Notes under the pieces: model-generated
What the model was told of the DNA's origin: nothing
The model's input: the letters and a program-made list of their open reading frames with translations, nothing else
Database searches by the model: none
Assembly: GCA_021161885.1 (NCBI GenBank)
Contig: JAGGZS010000066.1
Span: 1-33,072 of the forward strand
Origin: a bacterium
GTDB lineage: Bacteria > Auribacterota > Auribacteria > Auribacterales > Auribacteraceae
Length of the DNA stretch: 33,072 bases
Reading direction: 5' to 3'
Made by a program: the position numbers and the translations under genes
In this document: piece by piece, positions 24,361 through 32,542 of the stretch
Layout of the letters: every line of letters starts with the position of its first letter
Numbering within the stretch: the first letter of the stretch is position 1

Positions 24361-25143
24361 TTAATTAAATTGAAAACTTTTCTGCGTAGGCTTTTCTGGT
24401 TTTCTCATACATTCCCTGACTGTCTCAACATGCTTGTTTGCGCCAATACAATATTCACATGTCGGATGCGATGCCGGAGGCCGTTCCATATTTATTATCT
24501 CCCTGGCTCTTTTAAGGACAGATAAAGCAAACGATCCATCAAGACCTTTATACTCCTGGATATGAGTTATAAACTTCATATGCATAACGCCTGATGCTTC
24601 TGTAGCGGCCGCATTAACGCATTCCGGCCAGTAATAAACCAGGTAAGCGTTTTCTGTGATTTCATATCCGTTATATTTAAACAGCAAGTTATATGAATCT
24701 AACTGCAGTCGGTAATAATCAGGGGATCCTGCCTTAAGAGGATATCCTCTTGTTTTAAAATCGATCGGAGAGAATTGCTTTTTATCATTTAGCAGAACAT
24801 CATCAATAGCGCCTTTAAACACCATGTTCAGCTTTGGTATATATAACTGTAATCCCTTAAAATTATTTTGCCATACAGCAAGCTGTGCAATGTGTCCATA
24901 TAGTTTTCCTTGTAGTTTTCCTTTAATCTCAGGAACTATATGTTCCCGATACCTTCCGTAATACGCTTTTAACTGCTTATCTATACCGCTTGGCAACGAG
25001 GGAAATATTCCGCTCGGTCTTTTCACCTCGTGTTTATGTGTTAACCAGAAACACCTTTCGCAAGGATCTAAATCAGGATTAATTAATGACAGTTTACTCG
25101 GTGACATCTTAATTGCATCAGCTGGTATTGTTGGTGCTCTCAT
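24361..25143 (-). CDS. PD-(D/E)XK nuclease, Cas4/RecB-like, with Cys cluster
   Basis: GAIDDVLL...PIDFKTRGY (D...D-x-K), YYRLQLDSYNLL (QxxxY), an N-terminal CERC and a C-terminal CEYC plus a further Cys. Confidence 0.7.
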   Translation of the reverse strand: MRAPTIPADAIKMSPSKLSLINPDLDPCERCFWLTHKHEVKRPSGIFPSLPSGIDKQLKAYYGRYREHIVPEIKGKLQGKLYGHIAQLAVWQNNFKGLQLYIPKLNMVFKGAIDDVLLNDKKQFSPIDFKTRGYPLKAGSPDYYRLQLDSYNLLFKYNGYEITENAYLVYYWPECVNAAATEASGVMHMKFITHIQEYKGLDGSFALSVLKRAREIINMERPPASHPTCEYCIGANKHVETVRECMRKPEKPTQKSFQFN

Positions 25144-25154
25144 ATTTTTTACTC

Positions 25155-25646
25155 CTATATGGCCAACGGTTGACCTTTTTCGATTTCTGTTAAATTTTTA
25201 GTCTGGACAACGATTCCTTCAACCTTTCCAAACCGCTTAAAGATATGAGCATTCACAATCTGCCCATCATCGACATACAACACACCGGTCAATGCATCGT
25301 AGACAGTTCTTTGAAGTTTATCGATATCGCTTTTTTTAATTGGATAAAACATGGTTGGATCAAAACTTTTAGGACGGATAAAATAAAATGTGATAGATAC
25401 CTCAACAGCGCCTTTCCATAACTCTTGACGAATAAATCTTCTGTAAAATGCGTTGGTAATTAACGATTCCGCCTGTTTGGTTTGAGGATTATCGTTTGTC
25501 ACATATGCCCTTAAGTTTCTTCCGTATTTACATGCCCTGCAGACACCGGGTTTGGCAACATAAGCGCGATATGACCCTTTAGTAACCGGTCTGCCGATCA
25601 GCTGAAAATTTAACGTGTTTTCTTCTTCCCATGATCTTTTTTTCAT
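25155..25646 (-). CDS. rusA: Holliday junction resolvase RusA
   Basis: DIDKLQRTVYDALTGVLYVDDGQIV matches E. coli RusA [26 protein letters not shown]. Recombination-module context. Confidence 0.8.
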   Translation of the reverse strand: MKKRSWEEENTLNFQLIGRPVTKGSYRAYVAKPGVCRACKYGRNLRAYVTNDNPQTKQAESLITNAFYRRFIRQELWKGAVEVSITFYFIRPKSFDPTMFYPIKKSDIDKLQRTVYDALTGVLYVDDGQIVNAHIFKRFGKVEGIVVQTKNLTEIEKGQPLAI

Positions 25647-25660
25647 AATTAAACTCTTAA

Positions 25661-26959
25661 TTAAGCGGTTCGAACGGCTATTGCTTTTTCATTAAAGAAA
25701 TGGATTCCGTCGATATGACAGGTATCCTTGTGGGCTTTCGCGAATTGAGCCAGCGCCTTTTCATTGATACACAGGAGATGTCTTAGCTGATCATCCTTAA
25801 AACACGCCTCAATAGCGACAATAGAATCACTAACACTGGCTTTCCAATTATCCCTGAGAACAACCCCTTTCTGCTTATGCTGATTAATAGGGACAATAGG
25901 ACCGATCGACTGCAGGTCTTCCCGGCGATTATCTATTAATTCAGCCATTTCAACATTGCCTTCTTTTTTCGCTTGTTCAGCTTCCCTCGCAAGAATGTCA
26001 TCGAGTGTTTTTTGTTTTTGACGTTCTTTCTCGAGTTGTTTCTCCACTTCTTCCTGCTTCTTGCGGTTATAAACCAATGTTTTGGTTTTTAATATTTTCT
26101 CAGCCTTTACCAGAGTTTCTTTAATCGGATTAAAAAACTCCTGAATAGCGTTTTTGGCATCATTAATCGGCTTAACGTATTTCTGTCTTTCGGACTCCAG
26201 AGATTTTTTTGCCGTAGCTATATTTTTTAAGAACAGCGACAGCATTTTGTATTGTTTATCATCAAGAACCTTAAACTCTTCAGCCTGCCTTAACATTGTG
26301 TCGGCTTGTTTTTGTAATACCCCTTTGTCTTTCTCCGGAACTTTTGGAAGGTTTGTCATATCTTTTTCCTTTCTGTTAAAATTTTGAACGTATGATAAAA
26401 AAGTGCGTCTCGCGAATGCATTTTTGCATTTGTAAACTTTATATAAACCGTTTGAGAATAGTTGAACGGTGTATTTAAGAACTATTTCGTTGGTAGGTAT
26501 AAAATTAGATTCTTTACATAAATGCTCATAACCGGCTATTTGAAAATCACATTTAACCTGGTTAATTACAGATGCTGTTTTCCAGTCAATAATTGCGTAT
26601 CGATTTTTAATCATGCATAACAGATCAAGCGTGCCGGCAAACAGATATTCAGCCGATACGAGCCTTTTCTCTGATGCCAATATCACGACACCATATTGTT
26701 CTTTAAAACGACGTGCGGCGCATATATACGGAGCCAGGTGCAAATCTAAACTGTCCCAGTCAAGAATATCTCTGTTATCAAGATCAATCCCTTTATGCAC
26801 ATGGCTTCCAAGCTGTGCGGCTCGCTCCAATACTCGAGGCTTCATCTTTTTGAGATACTCATAATCAGATCCGAGCTCCGCATCCAGAATCTGTGTTACG
26901 GATGGAACCCGACGACCGTTAAAAAAATATGTGTGTGTTTCAGATTCAAATCTAAGCAT
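25661..26959 (-). CDS. PD-(D/E)XK exonuclease domain fused to a coiled-coil C-terminal domain of unknown function
   Basis: N-terminal THTYFFNGRRVPSVTQILD, GTLDLLCMIKNRYAIIDWKT (D...D-x-K) and FQIAGYEHL (QxxxY). Residues about 200-432 are Lys/Glu-rich coiled coil followed by a globular end. Confidence 0.6.
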   Translation of the reverse strand: MLRFESETHTYFFNGRRVPSVTQILDAELGSDYEYLKKMKPRVLERAAQLGSHVHKGIDLDNRDILDWDSLDLHLAPYICAARRFKEQYGVVILASEKRLVSAEYLFAGTLDLLCMIKNRYAIIDWKTASVINQVKCDFQIAGYEHLCKESNFIPTNEIVLKYTVQLFSNGLYKVYKCKNAFARRTFLSYVQNFNRKEKDMTNLPKVPEKDKGVLQKQADTMLRQAEEFKVLDDKQYKMLSLFLKNIATAKKSLESERQKYVKPINDAKNAIQEFFNPIKETLVKAEKILKTKTLVYNRKKQEEVEKQLEKERQKQKTLDDILAREAEQAKKEGNVEMAELIDNRREDLQSIGPIVPINQHKQKGVVLRDNWKASVSDSIVAIEACFKDDQLRHLLCINEKALAQFAKAHKDTCHIDGIHFFNEKAIAVRTA

Positions 26960-26968
26960 TATTAGTTT

Positions 26969-27994
26969 TTAGAAAAGGTTGTCTTTTTTGATTGATGCAT
27001 AATTAAAAACTTTTGCATAATGCTCTAAATTCATCTCTTCAAGGTCGGTAATCCCGAATTCTGAGCCGACATAATTGATTAAATCGCCATGGGTATAACC
27101 GTTTTTATCGGCGACTTTAAACAATCTGTCCCACTTATCTTGAGATATGCCTTGTTTCTGTTCTTCAGGTTTGGGTTGTGAGGGTTTTCTTTTTTGATTC
27201 GGTTTTGGTTTTGATCGGGTCTCTTTTTCCTGCGGTTCTACTGTATCCGGCTTCATGGATTGAGTTGCACCCATCTCTTGCCGGCGAAATTCTTCCTTTT
27301 GCTCTTCAGGTAACTCTTTAATATCCTGAGTAAAAATATCCGAGCAACCGGTCAACGATAAAACCATCGCCGTTTTAGCACGCTTGCAAGCCATTTTTAG
27401 AATCGTATTATCAAGGTCTGCCGGTTCAGTCCTGACCTGACAAATTTTAACTAATAATTTTTTCCCTTGTTTCGTTACTTTATCTTTTTTAGAGAAATAC
27501 TCAAAAGTTTCCTTCATATCATCAGGAGCATCGTTCCAAGCTTTTATATCCTGACTATTCCAGCAAGTTGTCCAAGCGTATTTAATCCTGCGACGAAACG
27601 GTTCCGTCTCATCATACTCTTGCTGACAAACGGCTTTGCGCCATTTATATTTTTCTTCATTACTACTACAGGACGCTTCACCTTCGTCAACTTCTGCTCC
27701 GGATATTTGAGATATACCAACACATTTCACGTTGTATTTAACCAAATCGTCTTTGGATAAATCTTGAACGATATACTTCGACCGGATCATAAACGTTGTT
27801 GCCAAAACTTCTGATCCGGCTTTGGACAACATGTTTTTCTTTGCACCGGCATAAGGTTCAACATAATGAACCCCTTTCTCCATAACCAAATCAACTATTT
27901 TTCTAATCGCCGTTTGTCGTTTCATAAGATCTTTAATTGACAAAGCTAAATTCGCCTGCTGCCTGTCAACTACCATTACCTCATTATTGCTCAT
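26969..27994 (-). CDS. Putative single-strand annealing protein (recombinase) with charged linker and small C-terminal domain
   Basis: Sits upstream of the exonuclease and RusA genes. MLSKAGSEVLATTF...GEASCSSNEEKYKW...ILKMACKRAKTAMVLSLTGCSDIFTQD resembles Rad52/Sak-type phage recombinases as I recall them; not verifiable here. Confidence 0.45.
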   Translation of the reverse strand: MSNNEVMVVDRQQANLALSIKDLMKRQTAIRKIVDLVMEKGVHYVEPYAGAKKNMLSKAGSEVLATTFMIRSKYIVQDLSKDDLVKYNVKCVGISQISGAEVDEGEASCSSNEEKYKWRKAVCQQEYDETEPFRRRIKYAWTTCWNSQDIKAWNDAPDDMKETFEYFSKKDKVTKQGKKLLVKICQVRTEPADLDNTILKMACKRAKTAMVLSLTGCSDIFTQDIKELPEEQKEEFRRQEMGATQSMKPDTVEPQEKETRSKPKPNQKRKPSQPKPEEQKQGISQDKWDRLFKVADKNGYTHGDLINYVGSEFGITDLEEMNLEHYAKVFNYASIKKDNLF

Positions 27995-28169
27995 TGTTCA
28001 TCCTTTCGTTTATATGATTAAAAAAATCTGTCCAGAATTCATCAGCAAGATCAGGATTATGAATCAAAGAAGATACAGCCTTGATATCTCTATTCTGCAT
28101 CGCCGTCCAAATCTCTTTATTTTTAAGTTCAACCAGCATCTCTAATAAACTCATTCTTAAGCACCTCAT
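27984..28169 (-). CDS. Hypothetical small protein (start probably an internal ATG near 28139-28154)
   Basis: ORF only. The annotated start overlaps the upstream gene by 41 nt. Confidence 0.3.
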   Translation of the reverse strand: MRCLRMSLLEMLVELKNKEIWTAMQNRDIKAVSSLIHNPDLADEFWTDFFNHINERMNNEQ

Positions 28170-28587
28170 ATTCGCTGTTTGCTATTCTTTTGATCCTCAC
28201 ATCCTTGATCAGCTGTAACACTTTGTTCATTGTAGTTCCGTCTTCAGTATCAATAAGAGCCGACAGGTTAACTGTCAGCTCAATCCACGCATGGTAATAT
28301 TCTGTTTGGTTGATATGCTTAACTCCAGTCGCCGCACGAAATATAAGCCAAACTTCCATTATTTCATGGCATATTGGCGGCAGTACTGATATGTCCGAGA
28401 AATTTTTTAAGGTAAAAATGTTCCGCCTGATTGATTCTGCGATCATTGATTGTGCGTCATTCAGGTATTCAAGCGCTTTGCCCTGGTCAATAAAGATCGA
28501 TAGTTCGTTACAGGCATTCATGTAGATTTCTTCAACTGTTTTTGGTTCTAATTCCGTGGTCTGCTCTTTTGTTAAAGTCGTGTTCAT
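28129..28587 (-). CDS. Hypothetical protein
   Basis: 152-aa ORF, 4-nt overlap with the upstream gene, no recognisable motif. Confidence 0.45.
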   Translation of the reverse strand: MNTTLTKEQTTELEPKTVEEIYMNACNELSIFIDQGKALEYLNDAQSMIAESIRRNIFTLKNFSDISVLPPICHEIMEVWLIFRAATGVKHINQTEYYHAWIELTVNLSALIDTEDGTTMNKVLQLIKDVRIKRIANSEYEVLKNEFIRDAG

Positions 28588-28826
28588 GTTATGCTCCTTT
28601 TTTTTGATGACCTCGTCCTTCTTAAGTTCCCCTTTTTAAAAGCAAGATAAGCTGTGATATACTTTTTTGCTTCTTCTTCCGGAAACTTATAAGGTCTCAT
28701 GGTCGTAAATTGAATATCACCCAAGGCAATGATTGTATGATTATGTCGATCAACAGTTGCCCTTGGAACCCCCAGCTCCTCCGCTATGTCGTCTAATGTA
28801 AAAAGTCTTCCTGTTAATATTCCCAT
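28584..28826 (-). CDS. Small HTH DNA-binding protein
   Basis: LDDIAEELGVPRATVDRH helix-turn-helix. TAATG overlap with the upstream gene. Confidence 0.55.
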   Translation of the reverse strand: MGILTGRLFTLDDIAEELGVPRATVDRHNHTIIALGDIQFTTMRPYKFPEEEAKKYITAYLAFKKGNLRRTRSSKKRSIT

Positions 28827-29056
28827 TAAGCCACCCTCAATAAATACTTTTTGAGCCTCTGTAAATCGCTCGGTGAAATAAATAAATTTTTGCCTCTTGA
28901 TTCAGGATTAAGCCTCAACCTCCGAACCTTAATGATTCCCGCCTTCTGCCACCTCGGCCACCACTTGATAAATGTTGAATACTTAATCCCCACGTACTCC
29001 GCACCCTCTTTCATTGAATAAAATCTGGCTTGAGTTACCTTGATCACGTAAATCAC
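28826..29056 (-). CDS. Small HTH protein (excisionase/MerR-like HTH_17 type), GTG start
   Basis: FYSMKEGAEYVGIKYSTFIKWW...ISPSDLQRL follows the excisionase-family DNA-binding pattern. GTGA overlap with the cro-like stop. Confidence 0.5.
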   Translation of the reverse strand: MIYVIKVTQARFYSMKEGAEYVGIKYSTFIKWWPRWQKAGIIKVRRLRLNPESRGKNLFISPSDLQRLKKYLLRVA

Positions 29057-29328
29057 CCCCTTTCCATAATTTCGTATTGATACATATCATCCGCTTTTAT
29101 TCCTGTAGCCAAAAAAAGCCTTTTCTGCATCTCCAGAGTAGGCTCTTGTTTTTTGTTCAATAATCTTGAGACAGTAGCGTCGCTAACCCCGATTTCAATC
29201 GCAAACCCGTTCTGTCTTAAATTTTTCATATCAAGATATTTTTTGACGGTTTGTTTATTAACGAAAATGCGTACATTATCTACACGCACCCCTCTGATTT
29301 TTCCTGCTTTCCTTCGGTATCTCCTCAT
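29053..29328 (-). CDS. Cro-like XRE-family HTH repressor (first gene of the early operon)
   Basis: LRQNGFAIEIGVSDATVSRLLNKKQEPTLEMQKRL HTH. Strong SD AAGGAGAG. Divergent from the CI-like gene. Confidence 0.75.
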   Translation of the reverse strand: MRRYRRKAGKIRGVRVDNVRIFVNKQTVKKYLDMKNLRQNGFAIEIGVSDATVSRLLNKKQEPTLEMQKRLFLATGIKADDMYQYEIMERG

Positions 29329-29566
29329 ATACTCTCCTTTTGTTATAAATAATAACTTTTACTTACGTATTAAATGTAAATTTTAGATCAAAAAAATATC
29401 ATTAGATATGCTGGCATATTTTTACCTATACTTAGATATTTTTAGCTATTATGGAAATAAACTTACATCACATAATAAAATAAAGTCAATAAAAATTTTC
29501 ACTGCAATGTAAAATTTTCTTTTATTAAGTATGAAATTTAATTATATTTTACATATGGAACGTAAA
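29329..29566. promoter_or_regulatory. Immunity switch region between the cro-like and CI-like genes, containing several inverted repeats (candidate operators)
   Basis: 202-nt AT-rich divergent intergenic region. Contains TTAC-N9-GTAA at 29363-29379 and TTTAC-N9-GTAAA at 29548-29566. Contains overlapping palindromes ATATC-ATTA-GATAT (29396-29409) and ATATGC-TG-GCATAT (29406-29419). TTAGAT recurs at 29383, 29402 and 29432. Confidence 0.5.
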
Positions 29567-30253
29567 TTTTATCTTCGATTATCAAACTTAATAGAGCTTT
29601 CCAGTCAGACGAAACGATATTTTTCTAAGGCTATCGGAATGCACGAAACACACTTTTCAAGCATGTTGAAAGGACGCTTAGTCCCCCCGCCTTACGATCA
29701 GTGTGTAAAGTTGCTTGATGAACTTTCTAAATACGTTAATATTTCACCTGAAGAAAGAGAAGAATTTCTCCGCCTTGCCGGAGAAGAGAGGATCCCTGAC
29801 AAAGAAAAACCTTTTATCCCTCACGTAATAAAGTCAAAACCAATAAGAATAGAAGATGTAGGTATCCCAGTGAATAAAGTTCCTTTCATTCCTATGGAAA
29901 AGGTGTATAATATATACACAACAAACAACTTAGACGAATGCGCGACCGAGTATATGATCTCTCATCTTGGGTATAACGATCTGTTTACGACAAAAGTAAC
30001 CTGCGATTCTATGTTATACGAGTTTCGCCCTGGTGAGATTGTGTTTATCCGCACAAAACTGCTTTATAAAAACGACGACTATGTCATAGCTATTGATCTT
30101 GAGAGTAAAGAATCTTTCCTGCGGCAGTACAAAGATTACGGAGAAACCAAAGTTTTAAGACCCCTCAATCCCGCGTTCAAAGAAATATTTTTTGATAATA
30201 AAAGGTATAAAATAGTAGGTCCTGTCATCGGTAAATTTACATCGATGGGGTAA
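29531..30253 (+). CDS. CI-like repressor: N-terminal HTH plus C-terminal S24 (LexA-like) autopeptidase domain; alternative start at 29555
   Basis: HTH LIELSSQTKRYFSKAIGMHETHFSSMLKG. C-terminal VTCDSMLYEFRPGEIVFIRT (Ser block) and ...FLRQYK... (Lys block). Divergent from the cro-like gene. Confidence 0.8.
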   Translation: MKFNYILHMERKFYLRLSNLIELSSQTKRYFSKAIGMHETHFSSMLKGRLVPPPYDQCVKLLDELSKYVNISPEEREEFLRLAGEERIPDKEKPFIPHVIKSKPIRIEDVGIPVNKVPFIPMEKVYNIYTTNNLDECATEYMISHLGYNDLFTTKVTCDSMLYEFRPGEIVFIRTKLLYKNDDYVIAIDLESKESFLRQYKDYGETKVLRPLNPAFKEIFFDNKRYKIVGPVIGKFTSMG

Positions 30254-30298
30254 CGACCTGACCAAAGATGAAAAAACATTAAATGCTGAGGTGTTCTC

Positions 30299-30700
30299 AT
30301 GAAAAAACTGCTATTGCTAATCTTATTCGGATATATTGCTGTCAATATATCTTCCTGTTCTGTAATTATGGCGGTACAAAAACCAGAAAAAAAAGATGTT
30401 ACTATTTTTCAAGAAGGAATGCCCCGTAATATGATACTTGCTGAATTCGGTCCACCCGTATCATCAGATATAAATAAAAATGGAAACAAAGAAGAAATGT
30501 GGACGTTTGATAAAGGTGAATCTAAGTGGTGGAAAGGTTTAAGAGCGGTTTTTCATACAGCTGCAGATGTCTTTACACTTTTTCTTTGGGAAGTTGTTGC
30601 CATACCAACGGAGTTAGCATTAGAAAAGAATTCATCCACGTATGTGGTTGAGTTCGATAACGATAATAAAGCTACAAAAATTCAATGTTTGAGAAAATAG
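30299..30700 (+). CDS. Lipoprotein (BamE/SmpA-like turn motif; second hydrophobic helix near the C-terminus)
   Basis: Signal peptide with lipobox MKKLLLLILFGYIAVNISS-C. EGMPRNMILAEFGPPVSS. Hydrophobic AVFHTAADVFTLFLWEVVAIP. SD GAGGTG. 45 nt after the CI-like stop. Confidence 0.7.
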   Translation: MKKLLLLILFGYIAVNISSCSVIMAVQKPEKKDVTIFQEGMPRNMILAEFGPPVSSDINKNGNKEEMWTFDKGESKWWKGLRAVFHTAADVFTLFLWEVVAIPTELALEKNSSTYVVEFDNDNKATKIQCLRK

Positions 30701-30728
30701 AGATATAATACTTCATCAGAGGTCAGCC

Positions 30729-31745
30729 ATGAAAAAAACATTAGCCATACTGTCACTATTTTTTCTTGTATTCACTTGCCCTGTGTTTCCTGATCAAACT
30801 GTTGATGAATACGTATCGAAAAAAATACAAGAATCCTATAAAAATATTAAAAAAAACGGTAATTTTGCTTTATTATGTTTACCTGGTACTCTTGAATTTG
30901 GTATTGCTGGTAATTATAATACATGGCAAGAAAAACGATTTGATAATAAAAGAATACTACAAGAAATAGACACCTTAAAAAATGAGACAAACAATAATAT
31001 TTACATTGTTATACAAGTCTCTTTTATAGGCGATGCAACTGGTGACGAAATAAAATCATTAAAAATTCCTAAGGATATTCAAGATTATATCTTTTTAGAA
31101 AATAACAACGGTCTGTTTATTCGATGCAGTAAAGCAGAAATCTCTGGATACAATTATACAGTTAATCAATTTACAGATCACATTCAAATAGCACTAAAAT
31201 TCCCAACAATCCACCCAGAAACAAACGAGTCTATCTTCAATGATACAGAAACAATAAAAGTGATTGTCGGCGGTTTAGGGTTTGAAGATCACACATTCGA
31301 ATATAAACTACCTCTCTCTGATTACTACTTAGACGCCCCGGACGTACTAAAAAAACTCTACTATGAATCAGGTATATGGGAACGCGAAAACGAGTCTCAG
31401 GTTATCGTGGATTCTAATCCAGATCCACAGCCTGCAGAAAAGAAAACAGAACGCGATTACCAGGAACAATGGGCGAGGGAACACGGTGCTAAGATTGAAG
31501 TACAATTGCGTGACGGTACCAGGGTAGATTGTTTAACCGATACGCACGCCATAGAAGTTGACTTTGCTCGTAAATGGACTGAGGCGATCGGTCAATCAAT
31601 GCATTATTCCAGGATGACCGGCAAACGTGCCGGCATTGTTCTGATAATAACAGACCCAGACGACATGAAATACTGGGATCGGCTGAAAAAACTAATAGAG
31701 CACAGCGGTCTGCCGATCGACACGTGGAAGCTCGAGGATTATTGA
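30729..31745 (+). CDS. Exported or membrane-anchored protein with a C-terminal PD-(D/E)XK-like (restriction-endonuclease-fold) domain candidate
   Basis: N-terminal MKKTLAILSLFFLVFTCPVFPDQ. C-terminal about 100 aa: KIEVQLRDGTRVDCLTDTHAIEVDFARKWTEAIGQSMHYSRMTGKRAGIVLIITD. The 3' third of the gene is markedly GC-richer than the 5' part. Confidence 0.6.
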   Translation: MKKTLAILSLFFLVFTCPVFPDQTVDEYVSKKIQESYKNIKKNGNFALLCLPGTLEFGIAGNYNTWQEKRFDNKRILQEIDTLKNETNNNIYIVIQVSFIGDATGDEIKSLKIPKDIQDYIFLENNNGLFIRCSKAEISGYNYTVNQFTDHIQIALKFPTIHPETNESIFNDTETIKVIVGGLGFEDHTFEYKLPLSDYYLDAPDVLKKLYYESGIWERENESQVIVDSNPDPQPAEKKTERDYQEQWAREHGAKIEVQLRDGTRVDCLTDTHAIEVDFARKWTEAIGQSMHYSRMTGKRAGIVLIITDPDDMKYWDRLKKLIEHSGLPIDTWKLEDY

Positions 31746-31764
31746 TTTAAAGAGAGAATATATA

Positions 31765-32211
31765 ATGAGCTATTTGGATCCATTTGAGCATTCTTTTATG
31801 AAACACACTTTATCCATTATTGAAAAGTACAAGGGTGAATATGGTGCCACTATACTAATCAATTGTCTTCTTGGCCTACTTGTTCTGCCAAAAGAAGAAT
31901 TCATAACACTCATTCCTGAATGTAAAATAGCGGACAATATAGATCAATGGGGTATAACATTCACAAGTATAGAATCAACAAGTACTTCAAGAAAAGCGAA
32001 TCTTCATCCTAATACAATACGAGGTTTTGTCATTGATCTACGGCATGCTATTGCCCATTTTAATATCGAACATGTCACTATTGACAACCAACTTGAAAGT
32101 GAGGTAGTTGCTTTTGAATTCACTAATGACCATGGTTTTAAAGCGAACCTTAAATTAGAAGAGTTACGTGCGTTTGTTACGAAATTAGCGCAACATCTTG
32201 ATAGAAGCTAA
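31765..32211 (+). CDS. HEPN-domain protein candidate (Rx4H motif)
   Basis: 148 aa, helical, IRGFVIDLRHAIAHFNIEH contains R-x4-H. 19 nt after the preceding gene. Confidence 0.55.
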   Translation: MSYLDPFEHSFMKHTLSIIEKYKGEYGATILINCLLGLLVLPKEEFITLIPECKIADNIDQWGITFTSIESTSTSRKANLHPNTIRGFVIDLRHAIAHFNIEHVTIDNQLESEVVAFEFTNDHGFKANLKLEELRAFVTKLAQHLDRS

Positions 32212-32329
32212 AAATTTAAAATTACCTGATTACCGAGCATCTACAGTAACGTCTATCCCCTCGCAGTAGGCATGGTCATTATATGAAGGTTAATTTTTGA
32301 ATCTAAAATAGGCTAAAAAGGAGGCAATT

Positions 32330-32542
32330 ATGGTCAGTAATAAAAAATTTCAAAAACACTGCAGGTTTAAAGGAAGAAAGGTTACTTTATCTCAAAAAGC
32401 TAATACAGAAAAAGGAAGTGACAGGATAATAGACTACACTCCTCCAATATGTGAGGATAAAACGTATGATTGTTATAATAAATTTGATTGTGAGTATGCT
32501 TCAGGTGGAATAGGCGGAAGAGGTAGTAAAAATCCATTTTAA
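32330..32542 (+). CDS. Hypothetical small basic protein with four Cys
   Basis: 70-aa ORF with a strong SD (AAAGGAGG, 6-nt spacer). No recognisable motif. Confidence 0.45.
   Translation: MVSNKKFQKHCRFKGRKVTLSQKANTEKGSDRIIDYTPPICEDKTYDCYNKFDCEYASGGIGGRGSKNPF

Larger units (their letters stand above)
1..32211. mobile_element. Lambda-like siphovirus genome segment (prophage or phage contig); left end truncated inside the J-like gene, right boundary not identifiable
   Basis: Minus-strand order reproduces lambda Nu1-A-W-B-C-D-E-FII-Z-U-V-G/T-H-M-L-K-I-J. It is preceded by cro-side early genes, a recombination module and an O-type replication module, with a divergent CI-like repressor. No integrase, att or lysis genes seen. 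Confidence 0.9.

Noticed and set aside
29153-30345. ORFs 29153..29386 (+) and 30136..30345 (-)
   Set aside because: They are antisense to the cro-like gene and to the 3' end of the CI-like gene respectively. They would disrupt the divergent switch architecture, and they have no SD.
30766-30969. 67-aa plus-strand ORF nested in the 30729..31745 gene
   Set aside because: It is an out-of-frame overlap in extremely AT-rich sequence with a Leu/Tyr/Lys-rich junk translation.
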